DNA from: Lama glama
Lineage: Eukaryota
Direction: 5' to 3'
Assembly (NCBI GenBank): GCA_028534125.1
Contig: CM052816.1
Location: forward strand, 46,068,001-46,132,000
Length of the DNA stretch: 64,000 bases
A model generated the notes under the pieces. It was not told the DNA's origin and made no database searches. It saw only the letters and a program-made list of their open reading frames with translations. Every line of letters begins with the position of its first letter. Within the stretch, counting starts at the first letter, position 1. The translations under genes were made by a program, and so were the position numbers. This document shows positions 11,956 through 25,117 of this stretch, piece after piece.

Positions 11956-13446
11956 TTTTCTGAAGTATAGTTAATTTATAATATTGTGTTTCAGGTGTAC
12001 ATTAAAATTGCATATTTCATATCATTTTCCATTATAGGTTATTACAAGATACTGAATATAGTTCTCTGTGCTATATAGTAAATCCTTGTTGCTTATCTAC
12101 TTTATATATGGTAGTTTGTATCTATTAATCCCAAACTCCTAATTCATCCTTCCCCTCCCTTTCCCCTTTTGTAACCATAAGTTTGTTTTCTATGTCTGTG
12201 AGTCTGTTTTTGTTTTGTGTATAGATCTGTATTATTTTTTAGATTCCACATATAAGTAATATATAGTATGTGTCTTTCTCTGTCTGACTTGCTTCACTAA
12301 GTATAATATTCTCTAGGTCCATCCATGTTGCTACAAATAGCAGTATTTCTTTTTTATGGCTGAGTAATATTCCTTGTATATTTATATACCACCAGTTGTC
12401 TGTTGATGGGCACTTGGGTTGTTTCCATATCATGGCTATTGTAAATAATGCCACTGTAAACATTGGAGTGCATGTACCTTTTCTATTTAGAGTTTTTGTC
12501 ATTTCTAGTTTTATACCGAGGAGTGGAATTGCTGGATCATATGGTCACTCTATTTTTAGCTTTTTAAGGAACATCTATACTGTTTTCCGTAGCAGCTACC
12601 AATTTACCTTCCCATCAACAATGTACAAGAGTTCCCTTTTCTCTACATCCTCTCCAGCATTTATTATTTATAGACTTTTTGATGCTGGCCATTCTGACTG
12701 ATGTATGGTGATACTTCACTGTAGTTTTGATTTGCATGTCTCTAATAATTAGTGATGCGGAGCATCTTTTCATGTGCCTGTTGACCATCTGTGTGTCTTC
12801 TTTGGAGAAATGTCTGTTTAGGTCTTCTGCCCATTTTTTGATTAGGTTGCTTGTTTTTTGATACTGAGTTGTATTAGCTGTTTGTATATTTTAGAAATTA
12901 AGCCCTTGTTGGTCACATTGTTTGCAACTATTTTCTCCCAGTCTGTAGATTATCTTAATTTTGTCAATGGTTTCTTTCCATCACTGTGTAAAACTTTTAA
13001 GTTTGATTAGCTTCCATTTGTTTACTTTTGCTTTTCTTTTTCCTTGGAACATTGACTTAAGAGAATATGGCTGTAATTTATGTCAGAGAATTTTTTGCCT
13101 CTGTTCCCTTCTAGAAGTTTTATGGCATTATGTCTTATATTTAGATCTTTAAACCGTTTTGAGTATATTTTTGTGTATGGTGCAAGGGAGTGTCCTAATT
13201 TCACTGATTGGCATGTAGCTGTCCAGCTTTCCCAGCATCACTTGTTGATGAGACTGTCTTCACTGTATATTCTTGCCTCCTTTGTCAAAGATTAATTGAC
13301 CATAGGTGTGTGAGTTTATTTCTGGGCTCTCTATTCTGTTCCATTGATCTCTATGTCCTATTTTTGTGCCAATACCAGGCTGTTTTGATTACTGTAGCTT
13401 TGTAGGATATTCTGAAGTCTGGGAGGGTTATGTCTCCAGCTTTGTT
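11956..13446 (-). mobile_element. 5'-truncated L1 (~1.5 kb; ORF2 C-terminus plus 3'UTR) with a 13-bp target site duplication
   Basis: Minus-strand ORFs 12239-12502 ([23 protein letters not shown]...LICGI) and 13022-13204 (APYTKIYSKRFKDLNIR). TGAAATGTTCTTT flanks the element at 11943-11955 and 13447-13459. Confidence 0.96.
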
Positions 13447-14249
13447 TGAAATGTTCTTTACTTGGCAATATAGTGCTACCAGCATCAGAGATAAAAAGAT
13501 GAAAACCTTTCCCTGTATCCCTACTTTAAAAATGGTCTTATCATCAGGATCTGAAAGAGAAGCTAAACTTTTTTCAAAGAAAGAACTTGTATATTTTGTG
13601 CTAAGTAAAAATAAAATGTATTTAGTTTTTTGCCCTTAATCATGTTTAGCACTTACACCTTTATGTTTGTTTGATACTGGGAAAATGTGACTTCAACTTC
13701 AATCCAAAATGTGTTTTGGATTTATACTTAAGTTTTCTTTTAAAATGCCTAAATAAGAGAGTAGAAAAAGACTATTCATATATTTAATTACTGCCAAAAT
13801 GTGTTTTATGTGTCATAACTTCTCTTTGAGGACCTGGGTTAGTAATAAGATTGTTTAAGTGTTTGGTTCTTTACAGTTTACAATAAGCTTTGTGGAGTAA
13901 TAGTAAAAAGCTATTGATTATAATAATATTCTCAGTTCTCAAATATTCTGAAAGGAGGCCAGAATGCTCCTAAGTACCAATTAATCAGAAGCTCTTTTGA
14001 ATTCATTAAGGATGTCAGAATTCAGTTAGTTGCTCTTTTGTCCAGGAGTGAACAGTGGAGAATTTTCTCCATCTCTCAGATTCAGATCATGTATTATCAG
14101 ATTCTTCAAATTGCCATGAAGAAATGATGGCAGTAATAGCAAATCTGAATCTAGAGATATGTGTTATATCTTGTGCCATGTATTTTTCAACATATGTGCT
14201 CTCCATTTGATCTGATCATCTTTTTTCTCTTCGTTATTTTTTTAAAGCT

Positions 14250-14305
14250 TGTATATGTGTATATATACTATGTATATATGTATGTATAAATACATATAGA
14301 TATCA
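14250..14305. repeat. Imperfect (TA)/(TG) low-complexity repeat
   Basis: gtatatgtgtatatatactatgtatatatgtatgtataaatacatatagatat. Confidence 0.75.
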
Positions 14306-15436
14306 TATGGATATTGTAGGAAAATGGTGTATTCTCACTGTGTTTGAGGATGTAGTTAACTAGACTAAGTGGACTTCTTAAAAAGGCATAATTTATTGAC
14401 CCTCTTGTCAAGGGGAAGTCTGATGGTGTTAATATTGAACATTTTCTTTCCAAATGAGGCATGTTGAATGATACCACAAAATCTATAAACACTTTTGAAA
14501 TACACTGTAAAGGACTAGGATATATTTGTGTTCTAGAGCCTGAGCTAGAATCTGTGTGCTAGTTTCTGAGGATTTCTGTGAGCCTTTTCATCTTGCCCTT
14601 GGCTGACTCAATTCTGTCGCTGGGGAGGTGTGGGGCAGATATTTGAACTAGAGTTCCTTTGGAGAGTCCCCACGATTAAAATAGCCTCCACTGGCTTAAC
14701 CTGTGAATAAACTCATACATTCCAAAAGCAAAGAGGCAAAAAAGAAAGTATAAACATTTCCCCCTACACTTGCTTATAATGGGGTTTATTGTTAGTAAGG
14801 GGAATTTGTGAAAAATTTTTTCTTTTGAAATGGAATAAAATAAATAGAACTTTATTGCACCTGGGAATGAATGTTCTTTGAATGCATTTCAAATGTGTTT
14901 TGCATATGCTTAAGCCTAATATGCTACCTTTCCTTTGGCAGAAGAGTATTCTATGTCCTTTCTTGCCCAGTCTGTCTAACAATTCATTAATTGATATCTC
15001 AGTTTACTGATCAATCGCAATTTACTGAAAACCCCCAGTAGATCAGGTTTGTAGTGCAGAGTGATGCCATCCAAGAACAAGAATTCTTTTGCTTGATGCT
15101 CAGTTTCTTACCACTTAATGATGCAATGAGAACCAGAGAAAAACTGTATTCAAACACTGCATCCATCCCTTAGTGTGACAGTGACAGAATGGTAAACAAT
15201 CTACTTTGGGTCACATGTGTGATTCACATTCCAAATATTTGCTTTGTCCCAAATTCATGGACAGATATGTTTCATGAAATTAAAATGTTCCTAAGTATCT
15301 CTTTAAGCCTTGCATTTTATTTGTCTGATCTATATTTTTCTCTATGCAATAAGCTGATAAATATTCTAGCTAGGTTTTTTATTAATTCTTTTTGCTTTTC
15401 TTTTGTGGCTTTTGACTGACATCTATTCACTTCAAG

Positions 15437-15552
15437 GGTGATTTTCCTGTTGGAAAGAGGCAGAAGAGACACACCAAGCATCACCTTCAGGAACAAGCAA
15501 TTTAAGTACTATAATGAGATGGGTCTTTTCAGAGTCTATAATTGGTGACAAG
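15437..15552 (+). other. Candidate exon containing a stop codon (GDFPVGKRQKRHTKHHLQEQAI*, stop at 15503-15505)
   Basis: Long upstream pyrimidine tract, branch-like ctgac at 15416-15420, a weaker aag acceptor, and donor AAG|gtatgg at 15553. Confidence 0.3.
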
Positions 15553-16536
15553 GTATGGCAGCTTCATATCAGACAAAGATGTACAACACAGAGCTTATTA
15601 ATGAGGATGGAGCGTCATACTCAAGAAAGCTTCCTGTGACTATGAGACAGGAGAATATAACAGATAGTGTAGGCTGTTACTCAGTCCAATATCTCCAATT
15701 TGCATCATAAAACCTTTATGTAAGCCAATTCAAGCTAATCCAAGATGGGATATTTTTCCCCTTTAGAATTCACTAGGGTAGCCAGCAATCCATCACTTCG
15801 GATCCCAGCCCTCACAGACAACAGCAATAATCATCTAAACTTGCAGATATGCTCAATTTAATTGGGTTAGTTTAGTAACCTTTCCTGTATTAGAGCCAAC
15901 TTGCAAAGAGATGTAATATTTTCACAGTTATGAAGACATAGCAGCTCACCATACTAAGATTTGATTGAGGATCAAGAAATCAGATTTTCATCAATTTAAG
16001 TACTCTTCATGGAAATATATATGGAATAAATAATAATGTAAAATGATTAACAAAGATATTGGCAAGACATAGGAAAACTGCCTTACTGACAATGCTGAAA
16101 TCTGTTGCCCAGCTTACTCTGATGGTTTTTACTTATATTTTGGAGAAAGCACATTCATTTTAAATAAAATATTAGAAAGTAGATATTTGAAACAGTATAT
16201 TATTTTCATATTTAGAAGCTCTATAAAACTTCAAGATGTTCAGATTATCTTGTAAATATCCATTAATCATGATACAGTTTTCTAGGAGTGGTAGCAGTAT
16301 CTTAACATTCTTAAAAACTTAAAAAGTTAATAACTTTGATACATTCTAGAAAATTTTAAGGGAAGTCAAAAAAAGAACCTAGGTGCTGGGTTCTTGGTGG
16401 TTTGTTCTAAATGAGAAATACTTTTCCTTTGAGAACAATAGAAATCAAGTACCTTTTCTTAAAGTAACCTGGGACCTATTTTAATGAGGCAAGTGACCAA
16501 GATGCTGAAGAATAAAACACTGTACAAACCACTTAC

Positions 16537-16570
16537 CATCTGCAGCACATTAACAGATTTCCTTGATGAA
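16537..16570 (-). other. Candidate 34-nt antisense exon
   Basis: Minus strand: ttatttttctttgtaactacactatgaacag|TTCATCAAGG...GCAGATG|gtaagt (consensus donor). Confidence 0.3.
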
Positions 16571-17629
16571 CTGTTCATAGTGTAGTTACAAAGAAAAATA
16601 AGGTTAAAATAAAACAGAATGAAAGGTAAAGGATTGTCTAACATAAAATGTCCTTTAACTATTTATCAAGCATTGATTTACAGAGAAAGTGGCCTTCATT
16701 TCAGCATGCACTGAGTAAAAGAGTAGGGGGTGTCTTTCTGTTTATAATTAGGGACCCTTTATTCTATTAAGTTGCAGGATTCTCCCTCAGATTGTCACCC
16801 TATGATAATATTTCTAGGGAGTTCGTTAATTTTTCTAGTAATTGGAATATTTCTTGGAAGTCCACAAATGGCTTTCTTTGATTATAAGCTGGAAATCATA
16901 GCTCAATAAAACTTTTAGAAGCATTTAAAATTATAATTGTATATTGGTGAAAATGTCCAGGACCACATTTTAAACTAGCAGTCACTGCGTAGGTACTACA
17001 CATTGTTACATAATGTGTTGCATATGACAAGTTATGAGAAGCTGGAAGCATTTCCTTGCGGGCATCAGTACTAAAGAAGAAGAATCCCAGGAGCCAGAGA
17101 CTGGCTTCTTCTGTTTGGTCAGGGCCATGTCAGGGATAACAAATTAGAATTCCAGATTCTAGAAAGGATGGAAATACTTGCCTTGTTTCACACCTAAACC
17201 AAGCTGGGTTCCTACCCTTAGGACTGTGTGTGCACGCAAGTGCTGATGTGTGGTTTTGGTTCTAACCAAGATACTGATCAGAAAACTGAAATAAGTCTAC
17301 TCCCTGCCTGATTCAGCATTTTCAAAGTAAGAAAGTTGGGGAGAAAGGATTCATTTGATTCATTAAGACTATCCAATATCTTAGGTGATACATTAACAGT
17401 AAGTGCTAAGGATATAATCTGATGTAGAAATTTCTGATTTAGTGAGTGTACTTGCGTGTTGAATTTATATGTCATGTATCTGTTGTGCTTGTTTCCCACT
17501 CTTTTCTGAGTAAATTAATAAATAACTGAGTTTTAAAGACTCACTTTTAAATTTGTGAGTCTTTCTTTTTTAGTGCACTTTCTGCGGAAACAGCTCTGTA
17601 TGCAACCAAAGATGCAGCAGCAAAGAATG

Positions 17630-17875
17630 TTGAGCAAAGTATGGGGTTTGATATTAGACAGTCTTGAGGTCAAGTGCAGGTAAGCTCCTTCTTAGTGTTA
17701 GGACTACAGACATTCCTCGGCCTGTCTGAGCTTCACTTTTCTCATTTATGAGCGAAAGTAATAGTGTCCACTTTGTGAGCCTGGTTTAGTGTCTAGAAGT
17801 AATATATTTTAAGTGTCTGTCTTTGGAACTAGCATTTACTGGATGCACAGTGGATATGATTGCTATTATCATTTC
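17630..17875 (+). mobile_element. MIR SINE (degraded, near full length)
   Basis: aagtatggggtttgatattagacagtcttgagg...ctgtctgagcttcacttttctcatttat...gctattatcatt. Confidence 0.7.
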
Positions 17876-19507
17876 TACTGTTATTTTATGGGTGACAAGT
17901 TATCTGGGGAGAGGATGATTGTCTGGGTGAGGACTTGTGTGAGGTCCTATGATGGATGTCCCTTCTTTTTTCAGATATCTTGCACTTGTGGCAAACTATG
18001 TTTGTGCCTTTTCTCCAGGTGATTCATTCACATCCAGCCTGGCCACCTGCTTATAACCTCACCACTCTTTCACTTTCACTGAGTGTTTGGTAATAAAAAT
18101 AAGATGACAGTTTGCCACTTCCAAGTGTGGTGACTCAGCCCTCAGGGTTGTTTGTGAAGTCACTTACTTTTCCCTCATTTTATACAGGAGAGTATTGGAG
18201 AAAGTGTATTAGGTGATATAAGCATTTTTTCCCTTATCCTGAAACTTACAAAGAAAAACTATTTTCCATGTGTTTTACTTTTCTGTGAAATAATGTTTTG
18301 TCTACAAAAAAGGAATTAGACGAGTACCTGTAAATTATTATCAAAATCAAATGTACTTTCAGTCTAATAATCAAATATCTACTAATTCAGGACTACTGTG
18401 GATATCGGTTTCATAACAGGTGTAACAACAGTTAAAATTATTTCAGTAATAAAACATAATAGAAATATGAGGAATTTGCATGTAAGAGGATATTTTTAAA
18501 AGAGTCTAGGATTAAGGGAAAGAAAAGGCTAGGAAGCTAAGCAAGAATGCCCAAAATGATTATTTTCAGTTAGATGAAAATATCTTATAAAATATGTCCT
18601 TTAAAATGAATGAATACATATTTTATCCTGTTATTTTTTTTGACAGGTGTCATTTTTCCAGGGCAAGTGTTTGAGTATCTTAGTTACTTTTAGAAAGTAA
18701 CAGCTGCTAATAATTTCTGAAGTTTGAAACTGGTGACCACAGTCATCAGGTGTTGCATTGAGCTGAAACTTCTTTCATCATGATCAGTGACGTTTATTCT
18801 TCCTGTTCCTCTAAGTGGGCATTTTTGCTGAGTCCGTTATCACACTATAACTGGCTGAAAATAATTTGAAATTGGAGTTGTTAAATCTACCTATCTACAA
18901 ATTGGTGCTCAACTCTCAAGAGAAAAAGAAAGCTATTAAATCTTTTTCAAACATTTACATTTTAACTCTTGCCTTTTTTTCTTCTTTCAGGCAACTTATT
19001 TTCTCTGAGTAATTCTATAAGTTTTACATCTATATGTGAAGGCATATTTGAGCTCCTTGGTCCTCCAATGTTGTAAAACTTATTCGAGTAACTCCTGGTC
19101 TTTTGTTTCCAGAAAGCTGGAGAAAACTCCTCTTTATCCATGAGAAGTTGAAAAAATCTGACAAATTGTTCACTTTGCTTCATATTTTATCCCTTCTTCA
19201 AGTTAGTTTTGTCCTCACCCTTGGCACTTTTTCTTATGAGCAATGAGTAATGTAGAAAATGATAGTTTCTGCTTCTCATTTTCTAAAAAGCTTTAAACAT
19301 TGCTGACCATAAAAGAGGTGGCAGGTAAACTTCCAGAGAAAGAGTAGCTGACAGCTCTTTGGTGACAGTAGCAAGCAAATGTGTTGTCTTGATTTGTAAA
19401 GGGTTTTAATGTCATCAATAGTAATTCAGCAAAGAGAGAGTTGTAAAATGCAGCTCAAAATGTAGCAAATTGCATCATTGTTAGTGCTTTAGAATTTTAA
19501 AATATCT

Positions 19508-19521
19508 GCAGCAGATGGCAG
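19508..19521 (+). promoter_or_regulatory. Candidate CTCF core motif
   Basis: GCAGCAGATGGCAG matches the CTCF core except at the first base; it lies in apparently unique sequence. Confidence 0.45.
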
Positions 19522-20359
19522 AGTGCTAGGAGCAATGTCTTGCTTTAGTGTCTCAGAAAAGTTTATGTCATCATAAACCCTAGCATGATTATGGCTTCTT
19601 TGGCCTACTAAAAAAAGTTGTTATTTATTTTCCTTCAGATAATTATTTGCTTTTAAAAATATTTAACAGAGTATCAAGAAATCAGGATTTCTCAGAGAAA
19701 TAGTTCACTTTCCTAAGATATAAAAGAATACTATACAGTATCCTCAGAAGTGGGGAAATGTTTTGAAACAACTTAATAGAGTTTTTTTCACGACAGAAAA
19801 ATTCTGTTATATATTGTCCAGTCTGGTTTTAAATGTCCTGATTAAGGAAGGTATTTCAACTGAAAAAAAAAAACAATCTGGTAATATACAAACTCATCAA
19901 AATTTTAGTTCTCAACTCTTCTTTAAATATTAGCTGCTCTTATCTCAGTATTTATAAATGGTGGGACTGAACCCCTCAGGATTTACTGAGAACATATACC
20001 TGGAATTAGGTTACCAGATATCTCTTCTCCTTCAACTTAGATTTTTATTTTGCATTGTTAATGCACTAAACTATAAAATAAATAAATAATCAAACTGATA
20101 TTTGTAGCAAGTATAAAAATTTCCTGAATTGTAATCGATAATTATGCAATAATGCTAGCCATCAATCTCCTGGAACCTTGAAGAAACTGAGCAATGGATG
20201 GCCTTGTTTTTAAGAAGCATGTGAAAATCAAAGTGAAGAATAGGATAAAATGACAGCCTAATTTTTAGAGGGAGCAAATATGACAAAAAAAAAGTTTAAA
20301 ACTAAGCAATATTGCCCTAGCAAATACTGTACAGAAAGGGCCTTGGGTTATTGTGTGTC

Positions 20360-20606
20360 TCGGTGGCTAATAGTCAGCTTTAAAGCCAGTCTACCTGGGT
20401 TGGACTCTCAGCTCTGCCACTGAATGCTGTGTGATTTAATCTTAAGCATGCTTCTTAATCTTTCTGTGCCATAGTTTTCTCATCTGTAAAACAGAGCTAC
20501 TCTTTCCAAGGTGGTGTTGTGAGGACTGAATGAGTTAATAATGTAAGACACTTTAAGCAGTGGCTAGAAATCAGCAGGCTTATAACAAAGTCAGGAGCCA
20601 TTATTA
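20360..20606 (+). mobile_element. MIR SINE
   Basis: ctacctgggttggactctcagctctgccactgaatgctgtgtga...tctgtgccatagttttctcatctgtaaaa...gttgtgaggactgaatgagttaat. Confidence 0.9.
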
Positions 20607-20607
20607 G

Positions 20608-20647
20608 AGATATATACATATCTCTAATATATATATATGTGTGTATA

Positions 20648-20682
<35 letters not shown>
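20608..20682. repeat. Compound (TA)n/(TG)n microsatellite
   Basis: Directly visible dinucleotide runs. Confidence 0.9.
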
Positions 20683-20683
<1 letters not shown>

Positions 20684-23600
20684 ATGTCATGCATTATAGA
20701 GTGAACTTTTTTTTAGGAAGACAGTAGTGGAAATGAGCAGAAATATACAGGTAATCGTGGGGAAAATTAAGTAGCGCCAAAGAATTAGAAAGATTCCAAA
20801 GCAGTTTACTAGAAAGGTGCTCCAAAAACCATTTTCTGCTTTATCTGTTACATGGAAATATCCCCAAAGCAGACAAAATTAACTATATTTAGTTTCCCTC
20901 TTAGCCTGTTCTTTAGTTTCCTCCAACCTTTTGTACCTTAGTTTTATTGTCTTTAGATGCATACGTTTTTCCCTTAAGATGAAGTATGCTGGGGAGACTA
21001 AGATTCCAACTGAGGCTACTTAGAGAAGGCACTCAGATAGGAATCAAATAAGGACATTTACGCTACTGGCTTTTCTATCTTTTGCTCAGTTTCCCTTGAT
21101 AATGCTCCAGAGGGAAAAAATAATCTTGTGGGAGTTGAGAGAGAAGCATTTTTATTCTGCCCTGTAGCATCACAAAAGTATCTTGAGTCGACGTTAGTTG
21201 TTTCTCACAGTTGAGCCTGACTCCTAGTACCAAGGGACCAGAACAATATTTTCACTAACTAGTTATTACACCCCACTCCCACCCTCACCAATCTCTTCCC
21301 TTCTGAAGGCCACACACCCTGTGCGGTTCTTCTCATATAAGCTAAAGGAGAAAGTAAACAAAGAAACAGTCAAAACAAAGGCTGAACATGTTGCTAAGCA
21401 TGCTAGGGGAGTATTTCCAGAAATCCTTTATTCTGAGCCTCAATACTTCACTTGTTGCCTTAATCACCAGGCTGTAGAAATTCTCTTCTTTTGATACAAC
21501 ATTTTGACCTTCATTTATATTCTCTTTAGTTGTATGTAAAGTTAGTTTTCAGGATCTAACATTCCTTAGTCCTTACCCCGTGCTTGTTACTTTATGATCA
21601 AGGACAAGGGCATTGATGCTGCTGGCTAATGTTCCTGCCAGCTGCCTGTCACCACTGACACTCACCTTTTTTATTGTCACCCTTGAAAAACAGTATATCA
21701 TTTTTGAGGGTCGTTTCTTTTCACAGATTCAGTCCTCAATGTATATGAAAAAAGCCAGTTTTCCTCCGCTATCTTTGTCCATCATTCAGCACAACCCTCT
21801 AGCCACAAGACACAAAAGAAATCTGTTAGAACATGACTCATTCTTATAAGATACATATCAAATGCTGCTTATGAAATTAGAGCTGAGAAAAAGTTGGGAA
21901 AGTCCCCCAAATAAGAGACAGTTATAATACCCCAATAAAGTGCATATTATTATATTATAACTATTATTATATGTGTCATTTCCTGTGCCAGAGAAAAATA
22001 CCAAGGATGTTTTCCAGTGATGTTGCATCCTTTGTGGATGCTCAGATGCTCTACTATACTAGGGAGCACTGCTGATTCATTCCATTCCTATATATGAAAA
22101 CACTGGGGTCTTTTTGTCATCTTCCCTAGATCTCAAATGTAGATGGGCACCTTGGATTGTCAGTTTCTCCATTCTTTGTTGGTGCACAGTAAATATTGCT
22201 TGTATATTTTCCTTTGGAACTAATAAATCACAAACATGCAGTATATGTGAAATATAAAGGGTTCTTGATATGTAACTATTATTTTCCTGTGTTAGAAGAT
22301 TGGTAAGATAGCAAAATTCTTATAGCACAAAATATGTGTTAATGGACTGATCATTTGCAAAATTGGTCCCTACTCTCCATTCTTGGCACCTATTTCCTAT
22401 TCATTATGTCCTTATTGACCATTTTTAACTGAGGACAGTACAAGTCAAAGGCAGGACAAAGGTGTTGCTATATGGTCCTGAATCTTATAAAAGGTCCTAG
22501 ACTTTATTAAATCAGTGTACCTTGGAGTTATCCCACATTGCCTTCCTCCTTGGAAACTGAGCTCTGATTTTTTTTTTTTTTTGCAGTACCTACACAAATC
22601 CTTATCTCCAAAGGGTATTCTAATTTGAACCTCCAAGTGCCTGGCATTTCCTGTTTAGTTATTGTTGAACTAGAAGGAGCCTTTGATTGAAGTTGTCTCC
22701 TCAGTGGAAGAGGATGACATGTGTCCTAAGCTTTGAGAGGAATAGAATTTTCTCTTTCATATGTTCTCATTCTCTCTTCTTATGGAATCAATAATCCATA
22801 AATGCCTTTGGAAACCAGACTTTGGATAAGACCTAGGATATGGAAGGCAGGTTGAGAGATCTAAAAAAACATGTGTTCTTGATAGTATCATTTAATAACT
22901 GCCACATAATACCTGGAGCACACTCTAGCTCTGATTACATGTGCTAGTAAATTTCCTTGCCATTAATACATTTTTCAGTTGGGAATAGCAAGTATTTCAA
23001 GCAAAAGCACCATAGTTTCATACATGGAAAGTTATAGGGAAGGATTATTGGAATTGTAAGCAAAAACTTGATGAATCACTAAAATTTTTTTTCAACTATA
23101 TGTGTTTACGATCAGGCTGTGTCACAGAAATAGAAAGGTGAGCAGTCTACCTTAAGTAGTTTCACTGGTAAATCTGCCTCCTTCCAGAAAGAAATTCCTT
23201 GTTTATTACAAAATTAGTACATATTATCCATGAATATTGATTTATTAATAATTGAATATATTAAATTATTGAAAAATATATTTTCATCTTTCAATATAAA
23301 TTTCCAAAATATTGTTAATTATTTGAAGTGGATTGATTTGAGTTGCTTTATTCCCCTGGCAATCATTATCACATGCAAAACATTTTTGCGTATAATTCAT
23401 GATTTACTATTTCCAGTTTCAGATAGAAATGAAATTGTAAATGGAATTACTTAGTATTCTCTTTCAGAATAAGTAAAGCACTATTATCCATACATTAAGA
23501 TGCATATGATGTGCCAACTCACATATTTTACAATATGACATGATTCTAAAGTCGTAGCAGATATAACATGGCTAGATTACAAAATGATTCAAATTATGGC

Positions 23601-23931
23601 CAAGAACCAGTTTAAAAAGTACTTCTTTCTTTAAGTACAGGTTTTCTAACAAATTTTTTTTCTTAACATTATCATCAATCATAAGCAAGCCTAAGGGAGC
23701 AGCATTTGATAGACATTGGAGAGTCAAGGAAATATGAGACATGATCCCTTCCATCAAAAAGATTTTTCTGGTTGTGTGGGGAAAAAAGTGTATATAATAT
23801 TAAAGTAGAATAGAGCTATGTGCCAAATCACTGCTGCAGTTAGCAAGCACTGTGGTCGCTGAGAGCAGGGTGTGGTTCCTGGGTACCTGGCTGAGCACTC
23901 CCCAAGCACCAGAGAGATTACAGTCTGCCTG

Positions 23932-24078
23932 CGTTCTGGAGCTTGTAGGCATCAGCACCACCTAGGAGTTTGTTAGAAATGCAGACTCTCAGACCCAGCC
24001 CTGGATCTACTGAATCACCGTCTCCACTAACAAAATCCCCAGGTGATTTATATGCACACCGAAGTTTGAGAAACACTA
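23932..24078. mobile_element. MER5-family hAT-Charlie MITE
   Basis: gcatcagcaccacctaggagtttgttagaaatgcagactctcagaccc...tactgaatca...ccccaggtgatttatatgcacaccgaagtttgagaaacact. Confidence 0.88.
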
Positions 24079-25117
24079 CACACAGGGTATGATGAAAAGA
24101 AAGATTTTAATCCTCCTTTTCCAGTTTTTTCCCCCTGAATTGGCTATCTCTGATAGTTTGATGCCAACCTTAATTTATGCACAGATTTCTGTTTTACATT
24201 GCAAGCAATATTTGAAGTAATATTAATGTTTCATGTGTAGGACAACTCTTTGTAAGATGGGCACTCCACACTACTACAGAGGTATTGAGCGGGCTTCCAC
24301 ACAGAGCTCTTGTTCCTAGACATCATTCGTGGATTTCCTCTTTCTTATCTCCAAATTGACTGTAAGGATGTGTGGGGGAGGGGAAGGAGCACTCGACTGG
24401 ACTCCCGGTTTCTACTCAGTTTTGGTACTAATTAGCAGCATGATCTCAATCACAATTATTCCAAAAAGTTATATTTTCTTATCTATAAAAGGATATTGAA
24501 TGATCACTACATCTTTTTTCAGCTCTGAAATTTAATAATTTGATTTCAGATTATCATACATTAGAAGTTAAAGGGGATGAGCCTAACACTACACAGCCTT
24601 CTGTGCAATTTTTAGAGAGAAGAATGTTGAAGAGTTGGTATTGTGTGGAGTATGTATGAAAGCAGATTGTTGTTGGGTTAAAAACAAGAAATGCAGAGAT
24701 TCCTCAGTCCATGTTGTTATTTAAAGAAACTTTTTGCTTACTTTAAAACACAAAATTGATTTTTCACCTTCAGTAGCCAAATTTGAAATATTGTACATGT
24801 TTCTTATATAAGCTAAATATTGTTGGTACGATTCATAAAGAATACTAAAGAACTCAACCTTGCCCTATATACTTTTCTTATTTTTCTATTCAACATAATT
24901 TCCTCAAACTTTATTATAAAGGGTTGTGTTATTTTGAAGAATAGTAGCTTCTTATCAAATGCTTTGCCTTCAAAAATTCATATAGGAAATGATTATTGAA
25001 TATCTTTTAGGGGCAAGGCAATACTAATCTCCATGTGATGTTCAGAGAAATAAAACAAGTCTGCGGTGTTAACCTTAATTACACCATTCTGTTACTCAAA
25101 AGTGTTATCAATAATGT

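Noticed and set aside
17535..17564. 10-bp stem hairpins (also ~31821-31849 and 55751-55783, plus a palindrome at ~11764-11780)
   Set aside because: A few 10-bp stems with short loops are expected by chance in 64 kb of AT-rich DNA; too short for pre-miRNA.
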